Shown: positions 63,604-64,000 of the stretch, piece by piece
Position numbering within the stretch: the first letter of the stretch is position 1
Layout of the letters: every line of letters begins with the position of its first letter
Source of the DNA: an uncultured Candidatus Saccharibacteria bacterium
GTDB lineage: Bacteria; Patescibacteriota; Minisyncoccia; Phycocordibacterales; JABMNX01
Direction of reading: 5' to 3'
Assembly (NCBI GenBank): GCA_964575755.1
Contig: CAZNRH010000004.1
Location: forward strand, 699-64,698
Length of the DNA: 64,000 nucleotides
Notes under the pieces: generated by a model
Databases searched by the model: none
Told to the model about the DNA's origin: nothing
Seen by the model: only the letters and a program-made list of their open reading frames with translations
Program-made: the position numbers and the translations under genes

Positions 63604-64000
63604 ATGGCAAAAACAAGAGAACAAAAAACAAAGATATTAGAGAAATTAACCAGTGCTGTGAAAGACGCTGGCTCTGTTGTGTTTGTGAACTTTCATGGGC
63701 TTGGTGTTACTGACACTAACAAAATGCGAAGTGCGCTAAAAGAACAAGATGTGAAATATTTTGTTGCAAAGAAAACATTAGCAAAGCGTGCTTTAGACGA
63801 GTCTGGCATTGAGGGTGATGTCCCTGCGTTTGATGGGGAACTCGCTATTGTTTGGGGTAATGACCAAATTGCTCCAGCATGCGGTGTTAAAGAGTTTACT
63901 GACAAGCACAAAAAAGAACTTTCGATTCTTGGAGGAGTCTTTGAGAATCGATTTCTTGGAAAAGAAGAGATGACAGTTATTGCATCTATTCCACCACTAA
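63604..64000 (+). CDS. rplJ: 50S ribosomal protein L10 (runs off the window end)
   Basis: MAKTREQK...VFVNFHGL.V.....R..L....V.Y.VAKKTL...A...G.LA...GGVFE...IASIP. Confidence 0.93.
   Translation, partial: MAKTREQKTKILEKLTSAVKDAGSVVFVNFHGLGVTDTNKMRSALKEQDVKYFVAKKTLAKRALDESGIEGDVPAFDGELAIVWGNDQIAPACGVKEFTDKHKKELSILGGVFENRFLGKEEMTVIASIPPL

Noticed and set aside
1-64000. Alternative genetic code (UGA = Gly, as in Gracilibacteria/Absconditabacteria)
   Set aside because: Core genes are full length under code 11 and TGA ends genes at the expected positions (e.g. 31596, 36809).

Overview
About 64 kb of AT-rich bacterial chromosome read in the standard genetic code. Gene content points to Patescibacteria/CPR, most likely Parcubacteria: a pilM-N-O cluster, alpha2-type GlyRS, type-2 IleRS, short MetRS with a free tRNA-binding domain, rplK without rplA, a large S-layer-like protein and little central metabolism. 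Housekeeping genes are ruvX, uppS, rplS, secE-nusG-rplK, thyA, dcd, argS, ileS, recO, glyQS, metG, tatD, rpsF-ssb-rpsR, efp, recA, ftsK, pgsA and rplJ with its L10 leader, plus five intact tRNAs (Ser-TGA, Arg-TCT, Val-TAC, Leu-GAG, His-GTG). Most of the unusual signal is non-coding. (1) Small elements with CCCGTTAGA...TCTAACGGG terminal inverted repeats sit exactly on two start codons and in-frame inside ftsK. (2) A second palindromic repeat lies inside intergenic REP-like palindromes and is also translated in the acidic tails of L19 and FtsK. (3) A tRNA-Ser-anchored array of three single-gene cassettes has repeated boundary modules but no integrase. (4) Free-standing homing endonucleases and anticodon-truncated half-tRNAs lie next to tRNA genes. 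(5) A structured repeat (GCTCCC-stem-GCAGTGC) shows compensatory base changes. Notable proteins are a CYTH-dcd-(MtrA-like/ThyA/DUF4346) thymidylate operon beside a second canonical thyA, IleRS with an inserted histidine phosphatase domain, a four-helix-bundle/wHTH protein surrounded by GACA repeats next to ftsK, and a non-canonical EF-P loop. All family assignments come from motif recognition by eye; no database search was run.
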